In this document: positions 1 to 13,611 of the stretch, in pieces | Layout of the letters: the number at the start of each line of letters is the position of its first letter | How positions within the stretch are numbered: the stretch's first letter is position 1 | Source: Catajapyx aquilonaris | Lineage: Eukaryota | DNA: 44,951 nucleotides | Assembly (NCBI GenBank): GCA_000934665.2 | Contig: KZ538849.1 | Span: 1 to 44,951, forward strand | Direction of reading: 5' to 3' | Notes under the pieces: model-generated | Databases searched by the model: none | Seen by the model: only the letters and a program-made list of their open reading frames with translations | What the model was told of the DNA's origin: nothing | Made by a program: the position numbers and the translations under genes

Positions 1-150
1 TGCTTAACCCCAACACTAATGTTAAACCAGTCAGAGAAACCCCCACTAGTTCTAACACAAGCTCTATTCTCTTCATACAATGACTTTACAGCCTCCAACA
101 GGGGGCCCTTCACTCCATAGAGACTCAGAACTTCCCACAAACCTTCCCTA
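1..150 (-). mobile_element. RTE-clade LINE reverse transcriptase fragment
   Basis: Minus strand reads REGLWEVLSLYGVKGPLLEAVKSLYEENRACVR/FSDWFNISVGVK, typical of RTE RT upstream of the GxxQG motif. Confidence 0.8.
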
Positions 151-735
151 CTTACTGTGTCATATGGGCAATCGACTATAGAAAATAGCAAAATATCTAA
201 CCACCAAATATGTTGCATGAATTTAGGCAGAAATTTTTTTTATCTTTAATTGGGAGCACCACTCTTTATTTAGTTTCTTAATTATTCACATTAATTTGTA
301 AGAAAATTGATATGCTTTCCACCTTGGATGGCAGAGAATGAGTCCCTCTCACATGAGACCACCAGAGTCTTGAATCCAATGTGTGCACTCCCAATTAGGA
401 CATGTCCCCCTGTCCTCCTTGGATGCAAGCAATGGATGATGGGTTTTAGAGGGGTTTAGAGCAGTGCTCTAAACCCATCATTCATCCACCTTCCTGCAAG
501 GAGTAGGTGCAGAAAATTTTGGGAGAAGAGTAGTAGTGGGAGTTATTAGTGACCGGGAGGTTTGTAGGATATAAAATTTTTTGCGAGGGCCTCAGCTTGA
601 GCTCTCTTGGACCAATACAATCAAGGGGGGGGCTGTACGGTGGGATTCACACTGCAGTTAAAGTGATGATTCAAGGTTGCATGCTTGCTGCCACCGAAAA
701 GGTTGTACATGCATTGGACATGCCATTCTGATGTA

Positions 736-1257
736 CGAGGGCAAATCAAAAAGTAATTCACAACTTTTTAAATTCAACACCTTCATCACTACAGAAACTC
801 AAACTGGCATATACATGTGAAAGGGCAAGTCTTTCTCTAATTTTTCACAGAGTCACCATACACATTGAGGTATTTGTCCCACCGGAACACTAGTTTTTCC
901 ATGCCACTGCAGAAAAAACAATCTGATGGGCTGTGAAGCAAGTGGCAGATGGCCTCTTCTCGTTGTTGTTGAAGTGTTGACAGGCCAGCATTATTTCATA
1001 CCAATGAAGAAGCACCTGGCAGGTCAACATTTCAGCAACGAGGAAGCGAAAGAGGCCGTCCAGCACTGGCTTCGCAGCCCGCCAGTGGCATGGAAAAACT
1101 AGTGTCCTGATGGGACAAATGCCTCAATGTGTATGGTGATTATGTCACAAATTAAAGAAAGACTTGCCCTTTTATATGTAGCTATACGTCAGTTTGAGTT
1201 TCTGTAGTGAAGCTTCAGAATTTTAAAAGTTGTGAATTACATTTTCATTTTCCATCA
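736..1257. mobile_element. Palindromic mariner derivative built from two transposase 3' ends
   Basis: TA-flanked cgagggcaaatcaaaaagtaa terminus and its degenerate reverse; the + strand reads PMKKHLAGQHFSNEEAKEAVQHWL...WDKCLNVYGDYV (mariner C-terminus), mirrored on the left arm. Confidence 0.8.
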
Positions 1258-3175
1258 TATTTTGTGACAAGGTGTTAAGAAACATTAACACTAACCTTGC
1301 ATGCTCAATTATGAAACCAGTAACACTGGTGTAATATTAAAACTCATGGCAGAATAAACTAATACAGTGTAGCTAGGCCACGCCTCCTACTACTCCTGTA
1401 CTGGACTAAATGCAGTGCTTGCACTGGTGTTGGTGCAGTGGTGCACCATCTGATAAATAAATAGACCTATTCTGTGCATCCAAACTCCATAATCCAACAG
1501 CAGAACAACAAGAACAGTACAAATTTTTGTTTGCACAAATGCTCCCTGTAATCCTGAATAAAAATAATGAAAACATACTAACCAACGAAGATGTCACTTC
1601 CTCCAGGAGAAAAACCTTAGTAAATTCCTTGCAGCCAAAACTATTTCCCCCCTTCCCCTCTTCAAAAGGCGGCTGTGGATTACTCATGCTGGGCGTAGTC
1701 ATGCTTGCGAATGGTTTGGAGCAATCATCACACCTGCAGTTACCAGCCACTTAAAGTCAGACCATCAAGACATAAGCCAAATTACTTGATTGACATTTCA
1801 TGCCATCTACTCTAAGTTAACAACTACCGAAGTCCTAAAGGCTACAACCAACATATTGGCAAGTTGCAGCTGGCACTAACATGTTAAAGCATGCAAGGCT
1901 CTCCCACAAATACAGAGATCCTTACTGTCACTGTCAAGTCTCTTGGTTGATGTTCAATAACTTGTGCCTCCTGGTCCTTTCCTCAAATGTTCATGTGAAA
2001 GGCACTTGCTGTCCATCACAAGGCATGGACGTCTATGATGCAATTCATGTCGTGCCCAACTCTTCTAAAAGGACCCTCATCAAGTTCAAATAGCAGCAAA
2101 GAGCAGAACCCGGTGCAATGTGTGCATTAGGGCGTATTTCCCCATAATGCAGAATGCACAATTGCAGTGATTGCAGTAGTGAGTATGGCAGGTATGGCAC
2201 GTATATGTGAGGCCTGTGTCACAGAAATAGCGCATTAGTTACTCAATAACTAATAGTCGGAACTGGACAACACCATAACGAAATAACTCTTTTGTGCGAC
2301 TATGTCACCGGAAGTGGTCCCCTCCGAGTAGGAAAGTAAGGCTAATTCTAATTACCTGCTAATTACAGTACATTGAGGCCGGACACTCAGAAATGGCATA
2401 ACTGGAGCCGACTGGAGCCATATGTGTCACAAATAAGCAGTATTTATTAGTTACTCTAAATGTAATTGTTAGAACATGTGTTAGAAGTACAATAACAGTA
2501 TGAAAACACGACAAAGACAACTAAACAGTGCCATAAACAGGGCGCAAACACCTTTAATTTATGATTTATTAATGATTTATTTAATGAAATATTTTTAGAC
2601 CAAGACCATGTTTTATACTGTACCTACCATTCTCTTCCACCCGAGCTTCCACCACTCGCATCGTGATTCCCATCAGGTCCTGTGGCTCCCGTTCAGCCCT
2701 CTCACCTCCAGGTTATTTCGCCGCTCGCCGCGAGATGTCTCAGAAACATGGTGACGAACGCACCATCTAATGCGCTGCTAATGATGCTGCTAATACGAGT
2801 GGAAGACTGTAATAAGGTTAGGTCCATTGCAATCACGGTCATATAAGATTGCAATAATTGACCTTAATTGTAAAACTGCGCTTGTATGGAATAAGCAGAA
2901 CCGAACAGAACAAACCGTGCAGTCTTTGCTTGTAGGTCATTTCCTTGCTTTCATTCACCGCCAAATCCTCATCCTATTTCCTTCTTCAGTAGTTGAGTTG
3001 CCCTTATACTTTATAGCATGCAGTTAGTCCCATATGTTAATCCCAAAATTGGTGGATGGGGATCTGGACATCTGGTATTGAATTTTTTGAAACTACTGTC
3101 ATTGAGTCAGGGGTCTGCTTCAGGTTGGGGGAGAGTGGCCTGGGGGCCAGTTTGGATGTGCATTGTAGTGGGGGA

Positions 3176-3425
3176 GGCTTTTCATGGCTTTTTACTGCTG
3201 GCCACAAATCACATTGCATACCTGAAGACTTCAGAAAAATTAGTTCTGGTGCAATGAAATGATAGATTTTCAAAAGGAGTGGGTGCCCCTAGACACTATA
3301 ATTATATTGTAGGGGCACCCACTCCTTTTGAAAATCTATCATCGCATTGCACCAGAACTAATTTTTCTGAAGTCTTCAGGTATGCAATGTGATTTGTGGC
3401 CAGCAGTAAAAAGCCATGAAAAGCC
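3176..3425. repeat. Near-perfect inverted repeat (arms of about 115 bp, short loop)
   Basis: ggcttttcatggc...gggtgccccta / taggggcaccc...gccatgaaaagcc. Confidence 0.95.
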
Positions 3426-4394
3426 CACTGCTCCTGTTTGGTTGAGGTCTTTAGGATGATTATTGCCACAAAACTTGACAGAAAAAGTCCCCTCTATGAT
3501 ATGAAGGGATCTTCTCTATACATTTGAATAAAGTGAACTCCATCTGAGACTGTCACACACCCACACTTGCACATAAACATAGCAATTAAGTCAGTTATGC
3601 CTGTTATGCAAGAGAAGCCTTCAGGCTTTATCTTCCTCATCCAGATATTCATTTTTTCGTGATGTAACCACATTCCCAGACCCTGCACCTTACCAGTCCT
3701 GTTGTTATTGACTCCTATTAAAATAACCAGATTAGTGGCAAATCTTAGGCATCTCTTGCCCAGACTTTCTTTATACAAATCCACGAATTTTGGTCGAAAT
3801 CAGAAAATATTTGTGGAAAAAGTGGTCTAAGTTGACGTGGAATGCTCCATTTTATTATAAGTCACTAAAGCGCACCAGTATGGCTGGACAGAGGGATGAG
3901 GAGTCTGAATGTCTGATGATGAATTATAGGTGATGAGTTTGTAACACTATGTATGCCTATAATATTGGGGAAAAAAATGGTCCACATGCTCATAATAACA
4001 TACACACAAAAATAATTTATTTGGACATGTCTGGTTCTCATTCGGTGCTAAAACAAGACTTGTCCACATTATACTCCACTGTAGAATGTGTAATGTGCAT
4101 CTCACAAACTTCATATTCTGGTGCATGTTGACTTTGGTATCATCCTATTCAACAAAAAATTATCATTAGAAACATTTTTGAAATTTTCCAGGAATTCAGT
4201 TTTTCTTTGTTTTCTCGAAAGTAACAAAAGTGGACTTAACCTGTTTTTCCACCAAACCCTTCAATTGTTGTAGGCTATGGATAGCTCAACTTGATGCCAA
4301 AATTCATATAACGTCAATGATGCTTAACTGCAAAAAATTGGGGGGCATGGTGGTCCAGTGGATATGCTACTAACCCTAGCTGTGATATAAGGCA

Positions 4395-4705
4395 GAGCCT
4401 TTTTTGGGGGGTGGCACACCACCATCAGTTTTCTAGTAACTATGTACTATTTTTTCTTCGCTCACCAGTGCAAGGAGACAGGGACATGGGTAAGGATAGG
4501 GATTTTTGAGGAGGGAACATGTGGTGCAAGTGTAAGGCCTGTAAAGGGGTCTTGTGCTGTTCCCCAGGAGGTTAGGTCGCCAGACAACTCCAAGATTCAG
4601 GTCAGAGACCCTCCTGATGCAGGTACTCCCCAGGCGGGGATCGAACCTGGGGCCTTTCACTCAGCAAGTCGAGACGTTACCATCTCGGCCATCTACACCT
4701 CCCCC
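4395..4705 (-). mobile_element. tRNA-derived SINE family 2
   Basis: Homologous to the 13805-14157 and 18343-18694 copies; B box ggttcgatccc on the minus strand. Confidence 0.85.
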
Positions 4706-5974
4706 ACTAGAACGTACTTAAGAGCGCCCTCCCTTGGGAACCCCCCTTCCCCTCCTAAAAGGGCCCAAGGCCCTATCACCAGGTAGCATAAACAAACCAA
4801 CACGCAAACCTGCAAAAAATTAAAAGCAGTTACTAGAAAACCTCTCGTCGCAAACACCGCTCACTTCGCTCGTGCTTTTCTTGGCCTGTGGCAGAGACCG
4901 TATTGTTATGCCTAATCGATTTGGACTTAGCCAGTGATGATGCCCATCCAAGAACCATCCACAAACTCCCCTCTCCCCCTTCCTCCGTTTTAAGGGTGCT
5001 CAGTTGTAAAAATACCAAAAATACAGTAGGCCTACCGATGATGACTCTGATGCAAGAAGGCCAAGTGAGTCTATGGAATGTTTGTGCAACAATAGAAGGC
5101 AGTTATTGTTGCCCCTCCGTTGCCATGACGCAATCTCCCCACCTCCCACCCCCCACATTCAAACGTATTTGAACCTTCCAAGGTGTCATGATAGGTGATA
5201 AGTACTCGTCGACTTTGGATTACTGGTGTACTGGCACAGTAGCCTAAATTCTAAATCGGCACAGTGCTTTCACAGGTGGGAAGTACGGTCTTCGAGGCAC
5301 CCTCCCACACTCAACATCTTTCGGTGCAGTGTCAAGTAAGCGAATCAAACAGAAAAAAAAAGGAAACCTCCATGTTCTAATAATAGCTAGGCCATTAGTT
5401 CTACAGCAGTCCAATCAATTATGGTAACATTCGAAAGGCCATACATTTCTACACCTTCCTTATAGGGGGGATAGGTCTACCCAGTGACTGAATCAGGGGG
5501 GACGAGTGTGGATGGAATAGGGGGAAGGATCGAGGTGACAGGAGAGACAACCTGTGTTGTTAACTCCTCAGTAGTCAGCAGACAACATTACTGAAGGGTT
5601 CCTCCCCCTATTGCACATGCGCGACACGAGGGCCAATTGGAGGTGTCACGGTAACAATACATTGCAGTAACAATAGACGGGGCCAATACGAAGTGTGCTA
5701 TAACAACAATATGTGGTGGACCAATCAGAGGACATAACCTGGATACAACGTAGGATTTTAAAATAGATGATTGGCATGCCGGAGGAAATTAAGCTCCTGC
5801 AAAATAAAACTGCCATGGGAGAAAAAACAACTGAACCATTAAATTCCTCACAACCCCAGTATCACGACAGTGATACTTCACAGGATCACTGGTGGTACGC
5901 AGGTTCCCCAGGTTGTGGTTAGAAAGTAGTAGTTGGGACCCAAGGTGTCATATTTTATGCCATTCCCTCTACAC

Positions 5975-6185
5975 CAGTGGTTCACAACCTGGGGGTCGCG
6001 AAGCCTTTTCCGGGGGGTCGCGTGTGGCTGCAGTAATGTTTATATTTAAAAAATTACTACAACTTTTAAAAAATCCACATAACTTTATAGGAAATTTCAT
6101 CGCGAGGGAGGGGGGGGGGGGGGGTAGCAGGTTACTTGACTATCATAAAAGGGGGTCGCAACCCAGAAAAGGTTGGGAACCACTG
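5975..6185. mobile_element. hAT (Charlie/MER5-like) MITE
   Basis: TIR cagtggttc(a/c)caacct; perfect 8-bp TSD ctctacac. Confidence 0.9.
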
Positions 6186-6350
6186 CTCTACACAAATGAT
6201 TTGCTATTTTGAGTTTTCTGCAAGAAGCAGCAATGGATATTACTAAAACAACTGCTGGTGACAGTTGAAAATTTCCTGATTTCACCTGGGGTCCAAGGAG
6301 GCTGTACAGTGGTTCAAGTAAACAACAAACTAGAACCCATAAGGCAAACA

Positions 6351-6356
6351 TTTATT
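6351..6356 (-). terminator. Candidate polyadenylation signal AATAAA of the SA gene
   Basis: tttatt on the + strand about 600 nt downstream of the stop codon. Confidence 0.35.
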
Positions 6357-6790
6357 TCTATAAAGATAATTATGTTATATGAGGTCAAGGCGAGTCCATG
6401 AGATCAAAGTTAATGACATCATGTATAATGCTGAAATGACAAGATGGACAATGACGACAGTATTTGCTATGACTAGTAAAACATGCAAACAATCAGTTGC
6501 AGAAATAATATGTTAAAAGTAACTAAAATTCCCTTTTCACATCACCAAGGGTCCTACTACAAATTAATATCAGCAACATGAAAAACATTATAAACAACAT
6601 TATAACATTTATAAAGAAGGTCCAAATCTCCACAACATGGGGCTAGGCCTGGTGTAAGTATTCCATGTGAAATCCAATCCTACGGTTTTTAAAGTATTAA
6701 CTCTCATGTCATTAATAATTATTATATGTTTAATAAAAAATTCACAAGGCTAGCAGTTAATTGAGCTGTTTTATGCAACTTGGGTGATAA

Positions 6791-6899
6791 GGTGGAATTT
6801 TCGTCATACTACTAGTTACTTTTAACTTAGCAGTACCATTGCATTACATTGGTACTGCTAAGTTAAAAGTAACAGGTAGTACGACGAAAATTTCACTCA
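6791..6899. mobile_element. Small palindromic MITE family (ggtggaattttc...ttagcagtac), copy in the putative SA 3' UTR
   Basis: Hairpin structure; related copies at about 8037-8162 and 44404-44490. Confidence 0.65.
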
Positions 6900-6953
6900 C
6901 AGTCACTGACTACTTCCGACAATATTCTTTTTTTTTTTCTTTGACATTCTTGG

Positions 6954-7071
6954 TCAGGAGACATTTCTGGTGTCATGAATGCAGGTGGATGGAACAATTG
7001 GACTTAAGTGAGTGGCACATGAGCTGGTACTGCTACTGCTTGCCCCAGAAGCCAGAGATGATTGGCAAACC
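6954..7071 (-). CDS. SA: SA last coding exon (VCQSSLASGASSSSTSS...RNVS*)
   Basis: ttcag acceptor, in phase, TGA at 6954-6956. Confidence 0.65.
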
Positions 7072-10000
7072 CTGAAATACATAAATTTTAGTTGCTTGAC
7101 AGCTCCAAATATCGAATTATAATGTGACAATACATGAACAAGCTTGTAGGCTACTCTTTATGCCATTCACCCACACTGCATGAAACTCATTGTAAATAAA
7201 TCAAGGCACAAGGACAGAATGGTTATATAGCAGTTAGCAGTTGGTAGGCTATGCAGAGATATATTTGTCATTTGTTCATTGGTAAAATAATGGCAGAACC
7301 ATCTGGTATTAAGTTATTTACAAATCTGACATAGCTGATGTTGAAGCTCCAGAAGATGCTTCATCTATGCCAGTGCCATTGGAACTGAAAAGAAGATCCA
7401 ACGTAATTATTAATAAATAAAGGCCATTTCAAAAATATATTAAAATACTTTTGATTTATACAAATTATAACGTACTTGGGTGCTTCATGCTCAGGGGACG
7501 AGTGCTTTTGTGAAGGGGTGCCTGTAAAACACAAGCTTCAAAATACATGTGCTTCAAGTTTAAAAAATTAATTATTAAGCAGGCATAAGCCCTACCTTGT
7601 GTTTGGACCTTTACTGGTTCTGTCAGGAATGGCTTATTCCAAAGATCAATGTAATGAGCCAAACACCTGTGATTTGCATCACTCATTTTCTTTTTCAATG
7701 CGTGGTTCAAAAATTTGAGGCTACAAGTAGTAATATTAATTAGTTCTCATGATTATAGTAATGTCATAACCCTGATGGTAAAAGATGATAATCTACCAAA
7801 TCTATCAACTTACAATAACACGTCCATACATTTGGGTAGATTAAGACACATTGAGGCAATGACATCTATAAATGGTATCTTGGAGTCTGAAGTGCTTGCC
7901 AGGGCATAGTCGAAACCATTTTTCATAAAAGCTTTTGCTCCTGCTTCATATTGGCAATTTTTAGAGAAGAATTCAGCTAAGTCAGATGCCAATTTCTGGA
8001 AAGTCAAAATTAATGTTGCATATGACGGTTAATAATGGCTGGAATTTTCATCCCACTGATAGCTACTGCCAAGCTAATGCTACTGCTAACTTAGCAGTAC
8101 AAGTGTTGGCCATGGCACTGATAAGTTAGCAGTAACTCTCAGTGGGACGAAAATTCCACCCACTGATTCTAGAGGCTGTTTTTGGAGAATAACTCAATAA
8201 CAGTGAAGAAAATCACTTGAGCTTTACATTCCTTAGTTGAAGAGTGAGACTCCGAAGTCCCCTAAGTCCATATTCATGAAAAATGAGCTGATGACATCTA
8301 CTGGTATAGCTTATGGAGTTACGGTACTCCCCACCTCCTCCTGAGGTCAGAACACACCAAATGTCCCTAACTCCAAGCACAGAAATTGGAGTTTTCTCAA
8401 ATCCCATATAAGCCCATGTTATTGATGCCAACAAAAACTCAAATCTCAAAACAACAAAAATTGACTTAGGGCCGTTTTCTCGAACAGTGGTTCAAATGTA
8501 AACCCGGTTCAAAGCCGATTTAAACCCTTGACAACAGCCTTACAACAATCAAATCAGGGATTAAACTGGCTTTGAACCTCGTTTACATTTGAACCACTGT
8601 TCGAGAAAACGGCCCTTAGGGGTCTTTGGAATCCGCCTCTTCAATTGTGAAAACTCAGTATTTCATTAAATATTGTAATATAATTATCATAACACATGTT
8701 GAGTAGAGCTCTGCCCTAATCATTGCTTTTGTGAAATAAAAAAGTCTAAATGGGACCTTAGTTGCAATAATATAATCTACATACTCTATTTTCAATGTGA
8801 TTATATTGATTACCTTTGACTTGGCTAGCGCCGACTGGCTGCCAGGATGTTCCTCATTTTCGATTTCAAATTTTACTATCAAAGACTGGAGGGCAATTTT
8901 AGCAAAGCGCTTGAAGTCCTTCTGGGCAATCTCAGCCAGGGTTTTCTTCATAGTGTAGTCATAATCTTTATGCACCTGTATTTAATAAGTTTTGTTTTAA
9001 AGTTTTCCCCAACTCATAATAATATTCAAATTACTATTTGCAAATACTTGAGATTTTACCTGGCCGTAATGTTGGAATATCTTGGCCACATTTTGCTCGG
9101 AAAACATACCATATTTCACGAGATTGCAAGCCCTGTAAAACATCCACTTTTCTTCTTCGTGCTGTTCTTTGCTACAAAGCTGATTCTCTGTAAATGAATA
9201 AGTAATAAGTGAATAAGTAATCATTATTGAAATATTTCACTTGATGCAGGTAGTAAACTGATCAAAAATGAACCTCACCATTATTCCCACAGCTGATGCG
9301 TGCTGCCGCTTTCGATGAAAGTTCAGCCCACTTCTGGACTAGAACATCTTTCAGAGAGTCATTTGGAGTTATGACCATATTTTCTAGATGTGGATATTGT
9401 TTTGCTTCATATTTTAATGTTTCAACTAGCTGGCAGGTAGTTATGAAAGCCTAGATTAAATCAAGATGTATCATTACCCAATCAATACTTTTTCTTTCCT
9501 ATATTACTCTGCATTTAGGACATACAAAAAGTGAACTGCCATCACAGAGGTAGTGAACAGCCTTTTGATACCATCATCACCTGATCTCGTCACATCCAAC
9601 CAATAACCTAATGCAATGGAGTGGCCGAGCCTCCCTGCACAGGATATTGCCTTTTACATTACTGGCATTGCAAACCTTGTCAGAGAGTGCAAATGTTAAA
9701 CAAGTGTAAATATTATTTTATGTTTTTAGATGTGATGTTAAAAAGTACATCCTGCATCCAAGTTTGAGAAGAACAAGTAGCTCTTGAAAAATGAATTATG
9801 ACATAGCACATGTTTTCTGTCTCATGCTGTGTTAATGTTTGTTTCATGATTTAGCAGTCTGCATGTTTCCACGGAAATTATCCATCGAGAATAGTGCATG
9901 GCTGCTTTAGAATGAACTTAGGAAGAAATTGGCAAAATCACTCACGTGGTTGTGCAATTCAACAGCTTTGCAGTCATTCATAACACGCGACATCAAGGTC

Positions 10001-12635
10001 AAAAATTCGTCTGTCCTTGACATGAATACATCATGGCCTCCTGACTGTACAATCTTTGCTCTAGCGCAGAAGAACGCCCATGAAACATGTGCATAGCATA
10101 TTGATATGCAGTGGTTAATAGCCTGATACGATAAAGAAAGAAGAAATAGTAAAACCAATGTACAGTATTTGTAGCAACCTGCCACCATTAGAAAAGCATG
10201 CAGCTGGCAGTCTTTACCAGCTCTTTACCTGCATAGGGTAATCACTTGTAATTTGGAGGCTGCTTTCGATTAAGACAATTGTCTCTCTCCATATGTCATA
10301 TCTGTCCACGTAGATGTATGAGTACAAGGACGCAACTTTTTTGCAGGCAGTGATCACATCAGAATGATCACAATTTCTCTCTCCTTCCTGTGAGGATTAT
10401 TTACCAATAAAATTATTAGGGTGTCCTATTTTCAAAGGTTTAGAAAAATTACAAATGGGTACTTTGCAAAATCACTATCCTAATTTCAGTGTTTATTTTC
10501 TAACTATGGCACAAGAAGGGTGCACACGTTGGAAAAGATCTTAACATGTAAAAGAGTACAGTGAAACCTGTCTAAAGTGAAATAGCTCAATCCACGGATA
10601 TTCCATAAGGAACATTTCTTACTTAGACAAAAGTGCATTAAAAATCAGCAGCTGGAATCAGAGAAAATTTCATTTTGGCCAAGTATCTGCAGTAAATAGG
10701 GTTCATTACAGACATGAGACATGCCACTGTTAAATTTTCATTTAATTTAGCTACTTTTAAGAGAGAAAACCCCCTATTGATCTTTCCTTCCTGTTCCTAA
10801 CTGAAACCAACAGTTCTCAGCACATTATGCCAAACATCTGTAGTGTTACCACTGTATATACAGCTGCTTAAACCTACCTTGCTGTGGTACTCTTTCCAAC
10901 TTTCCTTCCACTTCTCCACAAACACTTGGGCAATATGCTGTACATCAGTAAAGCATATTTCTCCAGTAGCCTGGCTATTTGCAAGAACACCAAGGCTTGC
11001 TGCTGCACAATGCATAATCTCAGAGTCCACATGTGTCTCCACAATGTCTTTCAGTACTCCCAACACATCATTGAGATAAATCTCCAGGCCATCAAAATTG
11101 TGGGTCAGGTCTAAATATTGAATTAATTTTACTATGGGAACCAGGTTCTCATGTACACTACCAAACTTTATCAAATCGGGTAATTCTTTTAAAAAATGCT
11201 GTGTTCCAAGCATTCGCTTCTCGATGATTTTGTCAAGCTCATCAGTGGATGCACCCTGGAAGAGTTTTTAAATTCATTATAACATATGCAGAGATACAAA
11301 AAAAATTACATGTGGCTAATGACTGCATTTAGATGGATTCAGATTATTCACATCTCACAGTCAGATGTGGAAGGGCGTGGTCTTACCAACTACACCACTG
11401 TGCTTCCCTCCCACTACCTGGCCATAACTGTGTTGTGATTGTATTGTATTGTATTGTGTGTAAATCTAGGAAAGATTATGAATGTGTATCATAATGTAAT
11501 ACCATTTTTGCCAATAAACTATCTGGCACAAAAAGGTTGAGGTGGGAATTTCTTCATGAGAAAAGGTTAGGAAATGTTGTCTCAGTCTTCCTTTCATTCC
11601 TATGCTACAGGGTCATCGAAAAAGAATGTCCCAGTTTGAAAACTCTATAACTCAAAAACTTGTAGACATATCTTAATGATTTAAGTTTTGAAATGCTAAG
11701 AGGTGTCTAATGTTTTGTCCTTACCATAAATGTTTCGATATGAGCTACATGTGTCGCTCGAAAAATTTAAATACGGTAATCGGTGTCGTGCCAAACCCGC
11801 TCCAGCATGTCTGGCGTTACCGTTGCAATCTTATCCCGTAGGTGCTAGTGATGCCGGATCTTTTCACCATACATGTGTCTCCACAAAAAAGTCAATTGGG
11901 GTAAGATCTGGGCTTCTGGAGGGACTAAGCATAGTGAAACTTCTCATTAAAGACTTCGCACACTGGGAGGCTGAACAAATGAAACTTTCCTACGGCAGGT
12001 TTGTTTCATGGATGAGGCGACTTTTTATGTGAATCATCAAGAACAATGTGTGTGGTGTAAAGACCCAAGATATCCAGCACCTACGGGATAGGACTGCAAC
12101 GGTAACTCCAGATATGATTGATAGGGTTTGTCACAACACCGATTACCACCTTTTAAAATCTTCCGAGCGACACATGAAGTTCATATCGAAACAAACTAAG
12201 GTGAGACCAAAACCTTAGACCTTTCTTAGCATTTCAACACTTAAATAATTCAGATATGTCTACAAGATTTCGAGTTATAGGGGAGGTGGAGTGGTGCTGC
12301 GGTAACGTATGCGCCCACGGATGTTAAGGTCCCGGGTTCGATCTCAGCCTGGGGACACCCCCTTCATCTCGTGCAGAGTTCAGGGTCACCTCTGGCTTCG
12401 TCTCGGGTGGTATTTCCACAGACTAAACCATCAGGGGGAGTTCACTAAAAATGGTCACGTTTAAGACATTGCACTGCACCTTGCACATCCCCTCCTGTCA
12501 TCCTGCCCGTGGGCCCGGGCGATTCGCTCAAGGTTCCAGCATTGTACTGCATTGTACTTCAAGTATAATAAAGGTCCGTGCCGCATACCCTATATAGGGT
12601 CAGGCACTACCCAAGGATTATTATTATTATTATTA

Positions 12636-12683
<48 letters not shown>

Positions 12684-13518
12684 CGAGTTATAGGGTTTTC
12701 AAATTGGGACATTCTTTTTCGATGACCCTGTACTGTGTCACACTTTCATCAGTTTTTCTAGGAACAGTGATGAGTCATGCGACCCCCAAAGCAGTGGACG
12801 TAGCCCTTGACTGTTCTTTACTGGATCATCGAAAGTATTAAGACTTCATTCTGTTGCCATCTATCAACTCTGACAGCTTCCCCATATTATTTGCACTTTC
12901 CTCAGTATTAATAATTTATTATAATAATTGATTACCCTGTGATAGACCCGGGACCCCTTAGTCCTTAGTGGATCCTCTTTTAAATACCAGAATTGATAAA
13001 TTCTTACAGTGATGATGGATATGTTATTGTGGGAGGGAACTCTGAGAACCCCCATGCAAACATGGAGAGAACCTGTCAATACTGTTTTCTCATGAGAGGT
13101 CTAATCTGGGGGACTGAATGCAGGACCTAACCAGTACACCTATTTCAAAAAAGTTGTTTTTGCCTGCTTTTGGTTTTGTTGCCATGAGCTAGGCTAAGGG
13201 TCAAACCGATGCGATGGAAGGTCACAGGATGTATACTGTAATATATTGTCTTCTGTGCATACAACATTGTAGGAAGAAAACAATAGTCAAATATTTCAAA
13301 GAAGATCTCATAGTCATAGTACTATGGACAGGAAATAGGTGCTCCACGAGCATGACACTTATTGCACGATTCATTTATGGGATAGTGTGTAACAGACTTC
13401 TGACCTAGTATCTGCTTAAAGGTACGCATGATGAAGTCATTGAGTTGCCTACCCCAAATAGTGTTCATCCATGCTTTGGCAATTTATGGTGTGATCCACA
13501 TGCAAGTCTGGCATTCAA

Positions 13519-13611
<93 letters not shown>

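Noticed and set aside
3215..3245. Possible hammerhead core (ctgaaga...gaaa)
   Set aside because: No adequate stem II or cleavage-site helix could be drawn.
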